Made by a program: the position numbers and the translations under genes. A stretch of 64,000 nt of DNA from Kudoa neothunni (Eukaryota > Animalia > Cnidaria): positions 8,019,550-8,083,549 of the forward strand of contig OZ199838.1 of assembly GCA_964304625.1 (NCBI GenBank). Reading direction: 5' to 3'. Below, one piece after another: positions 1 to 13,500 of this stretch. Numbering within the stretch: the first letter of the stretch is position 1; every line of letters begins with the position of its first letter. A model generated the notes under the pieces. That model was not told where the DNA came from. It did no database searches and worked only from the letters and a program-made list of their open reading frames with translations.

Positions 1-1412
1 AAATTTATCGAAAGCTCTTCACGTTCAAGCGTTTCCGGCAAATATTGAGGTGCCTACGGTTCGACGATCAAAACACTAGACCCAAAAGGAGGGAATCAGA
101 CAATTTTTGCCCCATGCACAACTTATGGAATATGTGGGTCCAAATTTTGCCGATGTGTTTTTCTCCTGAGGAGGACGTTACCGTCGACGAACAGCTTGTG
201 CCTTTCAAGGGGCGATGCTCATTTAGGCAGTATATGCCTATGAAGCCAGCCAAATATGGATTAAAGTTTTTCCTACTTGTAGATCCAGTCAACAAGTACG
301 TCATAAATATATCTCCGTACTTGGGGAAAAACGGAGACGAACGTAACGAAAATTGTAGTGTGGGTGAAAGGATCGTAATGCCTTTTACCATTCCATTATA
401 TAACTCTGGAAGAACAGTGGTCGCGGATAATTTTTTCTTCTCCATGAAATTAGCAGAAAAGTTGTTAGAAAAACATCTCACTTATCTAGGTACAATAAGA
501 CAAAATGAACGTGATCTTCCCTCTTGTGTCCTCCATTCCAAAACCCGAACCTTGTATAGCACTACCTTTACTTATTCCCAGAAGTATATGCTCACCTCTT
601 GTGTAAGTAAAAAAAATAAGACTGTGATTCTTCCGTCATCTGGAACGAATAATGATGGCATATCGAACGATTCATATAAAATGAAGCCTGCTTTGATTCT
701 GCATTACAACAAAACCAAAGGAGGGGTGGATACGGTGGACCGTATGTTGGCATCCGTTTCGGTCGGCTGATTTAATCGGCGGTGGCCTATGGTGATTTTT
801 TACAATATTGAAAATCACATTGGTCAATTCTTTTTGTGTATACAAACATATCTTCAAGGATGGAAAAATGCTAAGATGCGATTTCTTAAAAGAATTGGCA
901 ATAACATTGTACACCCCACTTTTAGAAAGGAATGTAAACATCCGAAAAATTGTTAAACCACCAATTTCTGTTTTATCCGAGCATACCGCATCTAATTCAA
1001 ATGTTTCAAAAAGAAGATGCCAAGTTTGTGCTCGTGGAAATGATAGGAAAACATCATCACAGTGCTCGAAGTGCGGGCGTTTCTATTGCAGTTTCCATTC
1101 TTCCAATAAATGTCTGGATAGTTAGTGATATAAAAAATTGTCTTACAAAATTTAATAGTTACAACAACTTATTCTAGAATATATTTGTCGTTTATTCTCT
1201 CAAATGGGTCCAATTTGTTTTATTTATTGCGCGAGATTCAAAATTAGGATCTGATCAGATTATAGAGGATTAACCTATTCAAGCATCGCTTATTTTTTAA
1301 ATTTTTGTCGATAGAATTTTTTAATATTTGTGAAATTAATTTACAATAAATTTTTGAGTAGATATGACAAAAAAATTTTTGGGGTCCTACAGACCCCAAG
1401 TTCGTTCGAGGG
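1..1412 (+). mobile_element. piggyBac DNA transposon, 3' part with right end (frameshifted transposase)
   Basis: ORFs 45-770 (VDEQLVPFKGRC..KPAKYG, ADNFF, YNKTKGGVD) and 808-1125 (C-terminal Cys-rich RRCQVC..CSKCGRFYCSFH). Ends ...GAGGG|TTAA with TTAA at 1413-1416; subterminal palindrome ttggggtc-ctaca-gaccccaa. Confidence 0.9.
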
Positions 1413-2178
1413 TTAAGCTCAATTTTTGTATTGCGTGGGCTTCAAGAATTATTAATTTTTCTAATTGTATCTTACATTTGGTGAACTTCTATCTCAGACA
1501 TTTTTATTTGAAATAAAGCATTGTTCCAAGTATAAAATTATCTACTCGAAGATTTATCGTAATGAAATCAGCAACGATTAAATTCCATTTCTTGTGAATT
1601 TGCAATAACTCCTTATATTTGAAACATTGTTTTGCGATTATACAGTCTTTCGAAGAACAAGAGTAAAAACCGGACAACTTTGGCTGATTTGTCCAAAATC
1701 AGACAAGGTTGGCAACGCTGTTTGTATGTTCACCAATTTCTGTGTCTCCTTTAGCTGATATTTTACTTATACTTTTTAACCGCCGACCAATTGTAGGACT
1801 TTAAAATAGCAAAAATAATTTGCTTAATAGAAGAAATACTGATGTTAACAGCAAAGCAGCACAATCTTCCTGCAGGTGCGTTGGTACGTAATTAAACGAC
1901 AAAAGCCTGCTGTCGCTGTCAGCTTTAGCCAGAAGTAAAAATTCCTGAAGTCATAAGATAAGATTTGTACCAATTTCTTATGTTATGATTAAATGAAGAT
2001 TTTCACTGTAGCTTTGTGGAACCCCTGTCTTTGTTTTATGGAACCCACTTTGAGAATCGCTGCTTTAGATGGGCAAGATAACACCAAATCATAATAAATT
2101 AGCTCACGTTAATTTATACGCATCCCAAGATTTCGAAATGTTTTTCTTGCTTACTAGGAATTAATCTTCATTTACATA

Positions 2179-3471
2179 CAGTATTTCTAGATCAAAATGC
2201 AACTTTTTTAAAATGAAACGTATTTCTAATTTTCAATAATATTCGAGTTTAAACAACGATTAAAATATTATTCCGAATGATTGCAATAGCTTAAAGAGTG
2301 CTCGGACGTAATTTCATCTGGCCCTTCCATAATGGCGTTAAACAGTTCTTCTTGGTTGGAAGTATTTTTATTACGTACAATCGACTTTAAATGATGAAAA
2401 AATTCCTCGATTGGGTTCAAGAAGGGACTGTAGGGTGGTAGGAAGAGGAGTCCGTGACTATTAATTTCAATCTCTCGCATAATTAGGCCAGTTTTGTGGA
2501 ACCTCACATTGTCCATTACTAGGAGAACAAGAGCATTGTCAACTTAGTTTATTTGAAGATCATGAAATAATTGATCGAGAAATAAAGAAAATATTTCCTG
2601 ATTTACCGAACCGTTCTCTAGGTAAAATGTCTTTACCTTTTCTGATGATATAGCGGCAATTAGTGTAACATTTTTTGAACGGATGAATTTAACTTTAAGG
2701 TTTGCTCTAGCTCCTAAGGGTGACCTGCCAATAGACCTTCTCATAAATAGAGAAAACCCAGGTTCGTCAATGTAAATGATAGTTGGATGATTAGGTCTAC
2801 ATTAAAGATATTCCATAACATAACTATAAAGCTTTAATTTATTTATTATTAGAATGAAGCTAACTTTTCTTTTTAATATAACATCAGGTGAATTTCTAGC
2901 GATGGAAACAAGTGATATTCTTTTTAAAGAATAGTAGAAATGATTTAGGCGGTTGCTAACTGTCTGCTTAGTAACTTAAATATTGTGTATTTCTTGAAGT
3001 TTTTGGACAATCATCGACAAACTTATGATGAATCCTTTGTGCACATCGGATAATTTTGATCGTCGATCACCGCCTTTTTATTGACTGGGCAAACATCTTC
3101 CTGATGTCGTCTTAAGATACGTCCAATCGTTGATTTGTGAACACCCATGGACTCAGCTATGTACTCATTTGTATATTTCTAGGGTATTTCATAAAAAATC
3201 AAACAAAAATCAATTACTTTTGCTAAATTAACAACCTTATTTTGCATGTCCATAGGTAATGTCACATATTTCCGTTTATTTGTGTTATTTTGATTATGAT
3301 TTGATAAAGGTGTGTTTTGATCCGATACTTATCTTAGCACGTGTTCAAACCAGATTTTGATACAAAAATAATGTATTTTTAATTAAAAAAATACATAAAA
3401 CAATTAATTGCATATTAAACGATTGGTTGCATTTTGATCTAGACAAGTTACATTTAGGTTTTGAAATACTG
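2179..3471 (-). mobile_element. Tc1/IS630-like transposon, decayed, two introns in the transposase
   Basis: TA|CAGTATTTC..GATCAAAATGCAAC TIRs, the left one with an internal deletion; TA flanks. ORF pieces MDNVRFH..LPPYSPFLNPIEE. Same family as 7657-9249. Confidence 0.88.
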
Positions 3472-4200
3472 TATAATACTTACTAGCTGTAATAATGCTT
3501 TCAGACTTATTGTTTGAGAATATTTCGCATAACTGAATTTCATTTGTCTCGCCAAAATGATTAGGTACTAAGCATGTGCAAAATTGAGTAAGTGGATATT
3601 ACATCAATTTAAAATTTCATCCAACTTATTCTTTTTATTGTTTCTTAATAACTGCAATATGTTGAGCCGATAATCAATTTTCAAGACCCCTTGTTCAACG
3701 TAAATCAATCTAAATCAGAATAAAAAATTATTATCGATTTTATAAATTAAGTGAAATATTGTTTTAAATAGAGTTATACATTAGTACAAATTATTCGTCT
3801 TATAAACTTTGAGAAAAAATATTTAATAAATAAGGTTATAATTTTCAATAATAGAACGTATAAAATCAGAGAGATGTTAACCAACAGAGGAACCAACACC
3901 ATTAGTTTACTGAGTCTTACCTATTGGCGCGTGCTCCTGCACTTGGTAATTCATATTACTGAAGGCATACGATATACGGGAAATTTTTGCAATTACAATA
4001 GTTTACTGTTTCAGAAAGCTTATGCTATTATTTCGGTGATTTATCAAATCAAAATGACGTTATGCAATTGCTCAATTTCCAGTGACATCCTTGAAAATTC
4101 CATCATACTATCTTTCCTCCAAAATTAGAAATTATTTAGCGAAAAAATCATTTATTATGAAAATGAAGTTGAAATTTTTATAGGCATGTTAGTTTTCGAG

Positions 4201-4428
4201 TTATTTCCTCTCGTCGCAATAGAAAGTCCAAGCATGCGGATCAAACGGATCCTTTGCAATAGCCACTGCTTTAATTAAATCATCGAATCGAGCGTTGGTA
4301 CCAAAACCAAGATTAACACGATTCAAGGCGGTTACGCCCAATGCAATAATATGATGAGCAGCATCGCCGATGACCCCTGACTCGTGAAAATCGTGACTCT
4401 TTAATTTAGCTTTTTTGACATTGGCTCC
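4201..4428 (-). CDS. Putative last exon of an unidentified spliced gene (upstream exons probably to ~4900), head-to-head with RPL30
   Basis: AG acceptor followed by a stop-free frame GANVKKAKLKSHDFHESGVIGDAAHHIIALGVTALNRVNLGFGTNARFDDLIKAVAIAKDPFDPHAWTFYCDERK*. GC is above background and a GTATGT donor lies upstream. No family recognised. Confidence 0.45.
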   Translation of the reverse strand, partial: GANVKKAKLKSHDFHESGVIGDAAHHIIALGVTALNRVNLGFGTNARFDDLIKAVAIAKDPFDPHAWTFYCDERK

Positions 4429-5309
4429 CTATCACTCAATATTTAAAAATGTATTAAGTTTAATTAAATTAAAACTGGGAATGTAGAACATACGCAGCAT
4501 GGCTAAGTTTTGGAGCCATCAGCTCCTAGATTACCTTTTTCGACTGTTGGAGCTATTCTTAATATTTATAAAACAAATTTGCAACATTAGAGAAATATTC
4601 CGATGCATCCAAAATTAACTGTAGTACCACTTTGGAATCTATTCGTTAGAATTAATTAATTATAAAAAACTTTTTTTTTAAATACAGAAATAATAGTATT
4701 AGAGGTATTCTGAAACTTTTACGACTATCTGAAGCTGATTTTTGGATTTAGAACCAAAATAGATAATGTAGGGTCTCTCAAATACCTCAATTGGAGCCGG
4801 AAGGGTTCACTTATATTTATCAACCCAAGACATATTGGAAGTTTGTGAAGAATAACTCAAATTATAATTAAACTAAAAATTATCAATAAACGTTAATTAT
4901 GTACTACTCAAAAAATGATACTGAATTTCATGCTTTTTATATTCATTATTTAGAAGTATATTTTAACACGAACATTGTTCATATTAAAAATAGAGATGAA
5001 TTTTTACATTTATTTTTACTAATAAGCCAATGGAAGAAATCCACTTAATCATTAGAATATCATCAAGGGCACTAAAAAGTAAAACACATCGTTTCAACTG
5101 AACAAAAACGTCATTACTAAAAGAAAGTCTTAATATATTCAAATTACACTTTTTATTATATTTATAACTATGTAATATAGCTACGAATTCAATAAAATAT
5201 AATAGCTATCGCAAAGCCATCTAAGCTCCACAAAAAACTCAGTACCCGATGATCCACGAAATATTCAACCTCAGATATTATCGTCAGTTTTCGCTTCACG
5301 TTGTGTGTA

Positions 5310-5863
5310 ATGGTGTCTTCGAAGAAACTTGTAATGGAGTTAATGGTTTGCTTTATTGTTTGATCGTGTCTATAGAGAAAGAATGCTGAAAACATAAACT
5401 CACATTTACAGCTTGTAATGAAGAGTGGTAAGGTTACGCTTGGTTTGAAGTCTACCAAAAAGAATATACGATCTGGTCGTACTAGAATGGTTATTCTCGC
5501 TAACAATTTACCCAAGACAGTGTATTTATGTTTATAAGCTTATTTCTCTTCGAGCGCTACGCCGTTTAGAGCGAAACACTCAAAGAGAGATAGAAATATC
5601 TCCTATCCTTAGGAATTGACTTTAAGTCAATTCTAAGTAATGGGGAGAATATTTTTGGTGGTTTTTGATTATACAAATAATTATTTAGTGTCAGTGAAAT
5701 CGAGTATTGCTGCTTAATTTCTAGAATTGATATCCACTATTACAACGGTGCCAACACTGACTTGGGAACTGCCTGTGGTAAATATTTCCCTGTCTCAGTG
5801 TTAGGTGTGACACACGCTGGGGATTCTGAAATTTTGAGATCATTCGGAAGCATGAAAGCCTAA
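5310..5863 (+). CDS. RPL30: 60S ribosomal protein L30 (eL30); exons 5310-5330, 5376-5521, 5689-5863
   Basis: Spliced translation [88 protein letters not shown] introns keep the frame. Missed by the ORF track. Confidence 0.95.
5541..5675 (+). ncRNA. Candidate structured intronic RNA (two hairpins) in RPL30 intron 2
   Basis: Intron is 167 nt against ~40 nt typical here. Hairpins at 5541-5592 and 5595-5653, the latter with perfect gaattgact/agtcaattc. Confidence 0.35.
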
Positions 5864-7656
5864 GAAACGCGTTGGGTAGATGAATTATAGTGTTGTTTCA
5901 TGTTTTGCATGCTGGATTTTCATTGTGTTTTTATTTGGCGAACAAATTTTCTTTCTGAATAAATGGAAGCGTGTTATTAGCAATGTCGTCTGCCCTGCCA
6001 GTGTGACCTTTAAGTATCCTTTCCAAGTTCAAACTTTGTGAAACGTTTTGGTGTAATGGCCTGTTGGGTGTGTAGTGTTGCCTTAGTTGGTCAAAGTAAA
6101 CTACTTGATTTAAAAGTGTTTTGTTTAGAGAGACACTACCATGGTTTTAACAGAAAGTTCTACAAAATAATTGATCTCTGATTTGAATTTAAATTACGAG
6201 AAATCGAATAAATGCAAAAATTTACAATAAAGTTTAATTTTAACGATATGTTTTCACAACCAGGGATGGTCCAAAATTAATTGATTGCAGTCGAGTTTAT
6301 AAATTCAATAATCCATTGCAGCGGGCGCAATTAATTGCAATTATGATTTTTTATGAACAAAAATTCTAATAAAATATAATCTGAATCGAAACTATTGTTC
6401 TATTCAGGACATTTATTTATATGAGAATTGTTCTGAAAAATGATACCAAATGTTCCAGTAAAGTTGATATTGTTGGCAGATGCAAAAAGATTAAGTGTTA
6501 TTTAGCTAAACTCACTTATATATGTATAAGCAAATACGATGGACTAACTTTTAACACCAAGAGAATATTTATAAATTTCTGAGTTTCTTCCGTTTAAAAA
6601 AGGTTCATTCATTAACTTTGGTTTTGCAAAAAGATGATATTTCTATAACAGATGCAAGATATATGTTCAACGAAGTTATTGAAGAATATCCAATTTTTTA
6701 AGAACTTTTGCGTAAAAATACAAATATTATACATTCAAAAAATTTCAAAAACGGCTCTTTCAAAATTTAAGTGGATAATATTGATGAATTAACTTCTGGA
6801 GGGAAACATGCTGTGTTCAATCCAAAATTGTCCGATAAATTTCAATAAAAGAAAATAGGACTCTTATTAAATCCGATTATTTTTCTTTCAATGCCCAAAG
6901 AAAAGGAACTTGGAAAAACAATTGAAATTCCTCATTATGTGGACATAATATTTATTCCGTCATCCTCTAATCTAGTTTGGAAGTTATTCAGCTACGCTGG
7001 TTGTACCTATGACGACCTCCGCCAAAATTATTCCCTCATAAATTTAGGAACGTAAATATTTCTAAAAGGAAATAAAAGATTATGTGACAACAAAATTTTA
7101 TAGGAAGTTTTTTCATTAAATTTACAATTTATCGTTAATTCCTTTCTATTTTATCGTTTTGTTGTTGTATTTAGTTTGTGCTATATCTTGTGTCTCAAAG
7201 TTTATTATTTATATTGGTCTTTTTTATTCATTATTTAAAAAATAACCATAAAATGATAGACATAAAAACATTTTTTTTATTTGATTTCAATTTACACCTG
7301 ATTATGTGGTTTCAAGAAACGCCTAATTATGCGTTGCATAACGTGATTCAAGTTTTAGATGGTTCCAATAGAGATTATTTTTGTTGATAAAATATTGAAC
7401 GCTCCCTATGAGATTTCAAATATTATTATTTAGACATTATACCCACAAATTAAATTTTCTAACGTAAGCTTTATAATAATATTTAATAAAAATATGAAAA
7501 ATTTCTTGTTTCTTTTATTTGTGACCGAAATAATTAATGGGAAATTTTTACGTCGAGACATAAATGATCTCCAATGATGTTGGATTATCGCCAATAATTT
7601 TCCAATAATTGCAATTATTGATTTTGAAAATCGGAATTTAAAATTAATTGATTGTA

Positions 7657-9249
7657 CAGTGTTTCAAGACCTAAATGCAACTGCGTCCGATCAAAATGCA
7701 ACCCCATGCAATAATGTCCAAAAAAGGAAATATGTTATCTTAAGTGATGATATGAAACAAATGGCAGTCTCACTAGCTGAAGTTCATAACCTCTTTCGTA
7801 TGATTTCAAATTATTTCTAGGATGGATACTCTAACAAATACATTGCCGAGAAAATGGGTGTACATAAGTCAACCATTGGGCGCATTTTGAAGACAAAATC
7901 GATGACTATTGAATTAAGTTCACCAAAAAAGAAAGGGGGTGACAGACGGTCAAAATTGACTGAAACTCATAAATTATACACCCGCGAACTTGTGGAGGAG
8001 GATTTCACCATTACATCAAATTCTATTACTGAAAAAGTTCTAGAATTTCTTGGTATTAATGTTTCTCGTCAAACAATTGCGAATTGTTTGAGAGATTTCC
8101 ATTATACCTTAAAAAAAATTTCCATTGTACCCCTAGGAAGAAATTCTCAGGATTGTATTGAAACGAGAAAAAGGTTTATTATCATTTTAAAAAATTGCTA
8201 AAAATGAATAGATACGTGATACAATATCTGGAACTGAAGCCTCGTCATTCTACGGTCATCTATATAGATGAATCGGGCTTTTCATTGTCAATGAGAAGAA
8301 CATTTGGACGAGCACTTTCAGGGTCAAGAGCGAATCTGAAAGTGAAAAGCATTCGCTCTAAAAATATTACATTAATCGCGGCAATAAGCTCGGAACGGGT
8401 GTGGACATTCCACGTAGAAAATGGAACTGTCAACCAACAAGTTTTTTCTATTTTCATAGACAAACTATTTTCCGACTTAAGCTGCAGTGGAGTTGATAAC
8501 GCCCTATTAGCAATGGACAATGTGAGATTCCACAAAACGGATCTAGTAAGGGATCAAATTCAATCCACAAACCACACGTTATTATTTCTTCCGCCATACT
8601 CTCCGTTCCTCAATCCTATTGAGGAGTTCTTCCATCAAATTAAGTCCATTGTAAGAAACAAGGGACCATCTAATCAGGAGGAATTGATCAACGCAATTAT
8701 GACTAGCTTAGATGGAGTTTCTTGTGACCAACTACAAAATTATGCGAATCATGCGGAATCCTATTTCGCAGCATGTATTAATCCGGAAGAAATTAACAAT
8801 TAGATTAATTTTACGTTGTGCTAAAAACATGAAGTTTAATTTGGTGCCAATTAATATTTCATTTTTGTTTATGCATGCCAAGAGGATTACAAATTTAAAA
8901 GTGATAATTAAAGAAGCAGTAAAATCTTACATTGAAACAGTATATTTTTGAGAAGCGTAAGTATTGAGAATGACACCTTGATTAAATCGATGACAAAAAT
9001 GAATAAAAATTTAATTCCTTTATGTATTTAAATAAATATGAATAAACTCTATGAGTACGAAAAATTATTTGATGCAATTCGTTAATCACATAAAATTCGA
9101 AATATTATTCACTCTATCATAACTAACCATGTAGAATATTGTTAAAAAATATCTTAATTTTATACAAATTAAATCTAAAAAAAATAAGTTGTTTATTTAA
9201 AAAGTTGCATTTTGATCCGACGCAGTTGCATTTAGGTCTTGAAATACTG
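7657..9249 (+). mobile_element. Tc1/IS630-like DD34E transposon with ~46 bp TIRs and TA TSD
   Basis: TA|CAGTGTTTCAAGACCTAAATGCAACTGCGTCCGATCAAAATGCAAC with an inverted copy ending 9249|TA. Confidence 0.93.
7710..8803 (+). CDS. DD34E transposase, open after splicing introns 7782-7820 and 8174-8211 (start uncertain)
   Basis: HTH region (YSNKYIAEKMGVHKSTIGRIL), YIDESGF, MDNVRFH-34 aa-E (PFLNPIEE). Removing two GT-AG introns joins ORFs 7854-8201 and 8195-8803 in frame. Confidence 0.82.
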
Positions 9250-10586
9250 TACATTAAATAATTGATTTTTAGAATAGAAATTAATCTTTGACTACCCCCC
9301 TCTTTATAGAAACCTATAAGATTATTTTTGATGTGAAGTACTCCCCTCATAAAATATGTTCTTTTGGAGTTGCTCAAATTTTTCGTGGTATATCTCTGTC
9401 TAATCCGTGGAGTGTCTTGGCATCGTTCTCCATAATTTGTATTATTTATCAGTAGGCACTGACAAAACAAGTGAATTAGAAATAAACTCCTCCCTTTATA
9501 TCCACAACATTTAAATGTTGATAAGATTAGACCTGGGGTCTCCAAACTTTTTTTCGTCGACCCTCTCCAGAGATTTTATTTAAATACAGTAAATAATCGA
9601 CTTTACACATTATTGTATGCGCCCAGCTATTATTTTAATGTTATATTTTTAACACTTAAGTAACATATTTACTGTTAATCGCCGAGAAAATATATTTAGA
9701 TAAAGATGAAATGCAATATATTAAAATGGACAATATTTATATTCTAACGTTTCAAAAAATCTGTTATTTTCGATTGTTTAATATTTTCCCTCATATCGTA
9801 TACGTCCCTCTCAAATTTTGAAATTCTTAACAGGGGTATCCTCAGATTTATCTTCAAGCACTTGCTCACCAGATCCATCATCATACTTAACCAAATCCAC
9901 TAAATTATCCCTATTATCTAGATCTAATGTAGAATAGCCATCATATAAGCAACAGATTTCATCCTCCTCTTGAATCATCTCCTTTATTTCACCATTAATT
10001 TGCTCTGGGAATATAATATCATTACTTTCTCTATTAGATGCACCTTTTATTATTAAATTATCGCTTAGTGGTATAGAGAACAATTCACCAATAAGAAAAT
10101 AAGCCTTTTTAAAACAATTTCTAATTTTTTCTGGGGTAACTTTATCCCAAGCATCTCTTACAAGAAACATTGCCTCTAATATGTTCGGAGGGATGGGACC
10201 AATACCTGCTTCAACACGAGCAACATATCGCTTAATCATAGCCCTTTTGTAGGCAAATCTAAACGAATGTATTATCCCCTGATCAAGATGTTGTAAAACA
10301 TTCGTAGATTTTTAGGGGAGAAAACCCATTTTAATGTATCTTAAATTTTTTTGCAATGAGAAGATGCATTAGCAAGAAACAATAACACATATTTATTCCT
10401 TTTTTCAAATAATTGATTAAGCTTCGTAATATATCTCAAGAATACATCGCGATTCATCCAACTTCTATTATTGTTTTCATATGACACAGGAAATCTTTTA
10501 ATATTCTTAAAACAACGATGGTTTTTGTGTTTGCCGATTATTAGTAATTCGAGCTTTTCATCACTCATTGAGGCGCATAATAAAAT

Positions 10587-13500
10587 GGCACTGGCTATTA
10601 CCACGGGAATCAATTTCTCTGCAATTAGTATCTCTATTAAATAACTAATTTAACATTACTATTATTTATGTTTTTCTCTACTAAATTATAGAATTAGGTA
10701 ACAATTGAGAATATCTTTTTTTACATATTTATATTGTTTATTTCATTGATCGCTTTCCATAATTAAATGAAAGATTTATTAATCTTAATTTAATACATGA
10801 TCAAAATTGTATTATATCATTTTGTGTCAATAATAAGGTTAAAGTTAAAGAATTTGGTGTGATTTTGTAGGTCTGACATTACTCTTGAAGCGCGCGCTTC
10901 CACATGATACGTTCAACCTCGTGTTATTTAATTTATTTCCAATATTTACAATGTTTAAATTATGTGATTTATTGTATTCTATTCATAAATTATGAACTTC
11001 AAGATAAGATATGCTCATTATATTTCACAGAAATGATGTGAATTTTCCGCTTTAGATTTCAATATAGACAAGAAATTTGAGAAAACTAACCATAATTAGG
11101 CCATTTTTCAGAAATTAGATGAATATAACACGATGAACAATGGCTATCCTAGTCAAATAAATAATGAGAGATCTAAGAAAATTTAGTTTTTTTGTTGTAT
11201 CCAATAGTGGTTAAAGCGTATCCCCTTGGTCTCCCAACAGACTTCACTCGAGAGGGAATTTTTAAGGCTAAAATAATTTAAAAAAAGAAAGGAAATGAAA
11301 GTACCATCAAGCTCGATCATATTTAAAGTAGGTGCTAATTGATCTTTAGATAAAACAATTTGGAGCTCGGGAGCATTTTCATTTGAAATATTATTAACAA
11401 TAATATTCTCGATAATCTCCTCACCTTGCGGAACAATATTATTACCAACACCCTCAACAATTATTTGAGAATTAAAAATATTCTCAATAACATCTATTTT
11501 TTGTAAGTTAGATACGAGTAAAATATTCAAGTTAAGCGTCATATACCTCTTCCTTCAGAGATATCTTCATCTTCGGCTATAGCCTCAGAGTATTCAATGG
11601 TGCGATTTCCTAAAAATAAATCAAGAAAAATTAAGTTTTCTTAAAATACCTAATTGATTTATTTGTTTTATTAGTTTGATGTCGTGGTTCTTGATTATTT
11701 TTTCTATTGTGTTGAATAGTGATAGGCAACTATCATAAAACTCCCCACAATATTCAGCGGACAAAGCTGCTAGCTTATTTGTGTAAATCACAGAGTTTTT
11801 TAAGTTTTTTCCATAATAATTAAAAATTCCTTTGGGCTTTATTGAAATTCTCTTATTTGGAGTGATATTTATAGTTCCAATTTCCAAGAATTGGCTCATG
11901 TAATCTTTTGACTATCTAGGATGGTATCGATTCGAATCGAACATTGGAAGCAGGTTAAACGCTCTCTTTTTAAAAATACGACTACATGGAAGGAGGTACG
12001 ATCTGTAAATATAACAATTACATCTCATGGATGTAGTTAAACTATCTGTATTCGTGTTTTCGTTAAAATTTTGAATTTATTTGTGGATTATATTGAAGGC
12101 AAATGGATTTAAATGATTAAAATACGCGTTTAGAACTTCATTTGAGGTATCAAAATTAACTGAATTCAGTAATATTTTGGTTATATTGTATTTCCTTTCT
12201 ATTCTCATTGATTTGAGAGCGTCAAAGAAATAACGGAAAAAATCATTAAGATTTGAAAATTTCTTTATTGTTTGTTTTAATTGGCCATTAATGGCTTCTA
12301 ATCTATTATTGGTCAAGTTTTCATAGAAATGATGTGTTTCACTTAATCCTATGACCCATTCATCAGCGATTGGTTCCCAATTGGATTTAAAATAGTTAAT
12401 AAACTTATCGTTGCTTTGTTGAAAAAGATTATTGCATAGTTTATCGAATTCATGTTTATTTTTCGAATAGATAATTTTATTAAGAATTTCAAGCAATTGG
12501 TCCCTTTTCTCTCGAGTGATACCGTATTTCGACATAGTTATTTCACGTCTGAAACTTTGAGAAACATGAAATATGCAGATCATTAGATTGGAATTTGGAA
12601 ATAATTCTTTCAACCACTTCCTTAGAGTGTGGTGCTTGTCAGTAATGATCGTTCGGACATTTTGAGTCATGTTCGGCATCATTTTTATTAGTTGAGAAAT
12701 ATACCATTTAATTGACTCCGCCGTTTCATCGTACAAGATGCAGCCGCTAGTTATGTGGGTTTCACCAACCGAGTCTTCTGCAACAGACAGATGCAATGGC
12801 GCACTAATGAACTAATACAGCAACGAAATAGAGAAAACCTCCTAAGATTACCGCGAGTCTAGCAGTTTATAGGTTGCATCAAGCATGAGTAACCCTGGAA
12901 AGAAATGAATTGTGTTGAGCATCTGCTTATCCATAAAAAAAGATTCCACAAACATTTTTATTATCATCTGATAAAACGCTCACCATGCAGTTGTATTGAT
13001 TCTTTAAAATTTCTAAAACTAAAGTAATGTCATCAGTTCCGACTTAAGAGGATTTTTTAATGTTGTGGATAGCTTTCAAAGGTATTTTCTTGTCTGTCTC
13101 GTCATTTATCTTGGCTTGTATGAGCTTTTTGTTTGCTCCGAGAGAAAGAAGCTCTGACAAATAGCCATCACATTGGTTTAATTTCCTCTGACTGGGTAAG
13201 TTTTCATAGATCCATTGATCGTTTGGATGGTTATGGACAGTGTTAGAAGATCTAATCTCCAGGAAATTTCCATCTACACTTACTCTTAATGTAACTCTAA
13301 ATGGGCAATCTCTCTTAAGGGAATTTTTGTGCGTTCGCCTTTACCTCTATTTCGGTAATGGGCTCCAAAGTAACATACGTAAGTTATTTCGTAATACACT
13401 AGTGTGTTTTAATATTTCGATTAACCCGGTTTTGCACTGAATCAATTCTTCTTGAATCTCGAATCTTTAAATTCACAAAATGACTTTTCTCATACTCTTG

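Larger units (their letters stand above)
6261..9300 (+). mobile_element. Highly decayed hAT-like element interrupted by the Tc1-like insertion at 7657-9249
   Basis: Left end cagggatggtccaaaattaatt with a weak inverted match near 9280-9300. Remnant FIPSSSNLVWKLFSYAG..DLRQ (~6950-7025) resembles the hAT C-terminal P-S/T-S-x-x-x-E-R-L-F-S motif. Confidence 0.45.

Noticed and set aside
5189-5515. Provided antisense ORFs (e.g. 5189-5515, 31701-32003, 53139-53453, 60840-61079, 68-481)
   Set aside because: Shadows of real genes or transposases on the opposite strand; no motifs.
7657-9249. IS630/Tc1 element as carrier of a Fanzor/TnpB RNA-guided nuclease
   Set aside because: No RuvC/zinc-finger ORF in or near either Tc1-like copy; the ~400 bp 3' region is AT-rich without a credible ORF or structure.
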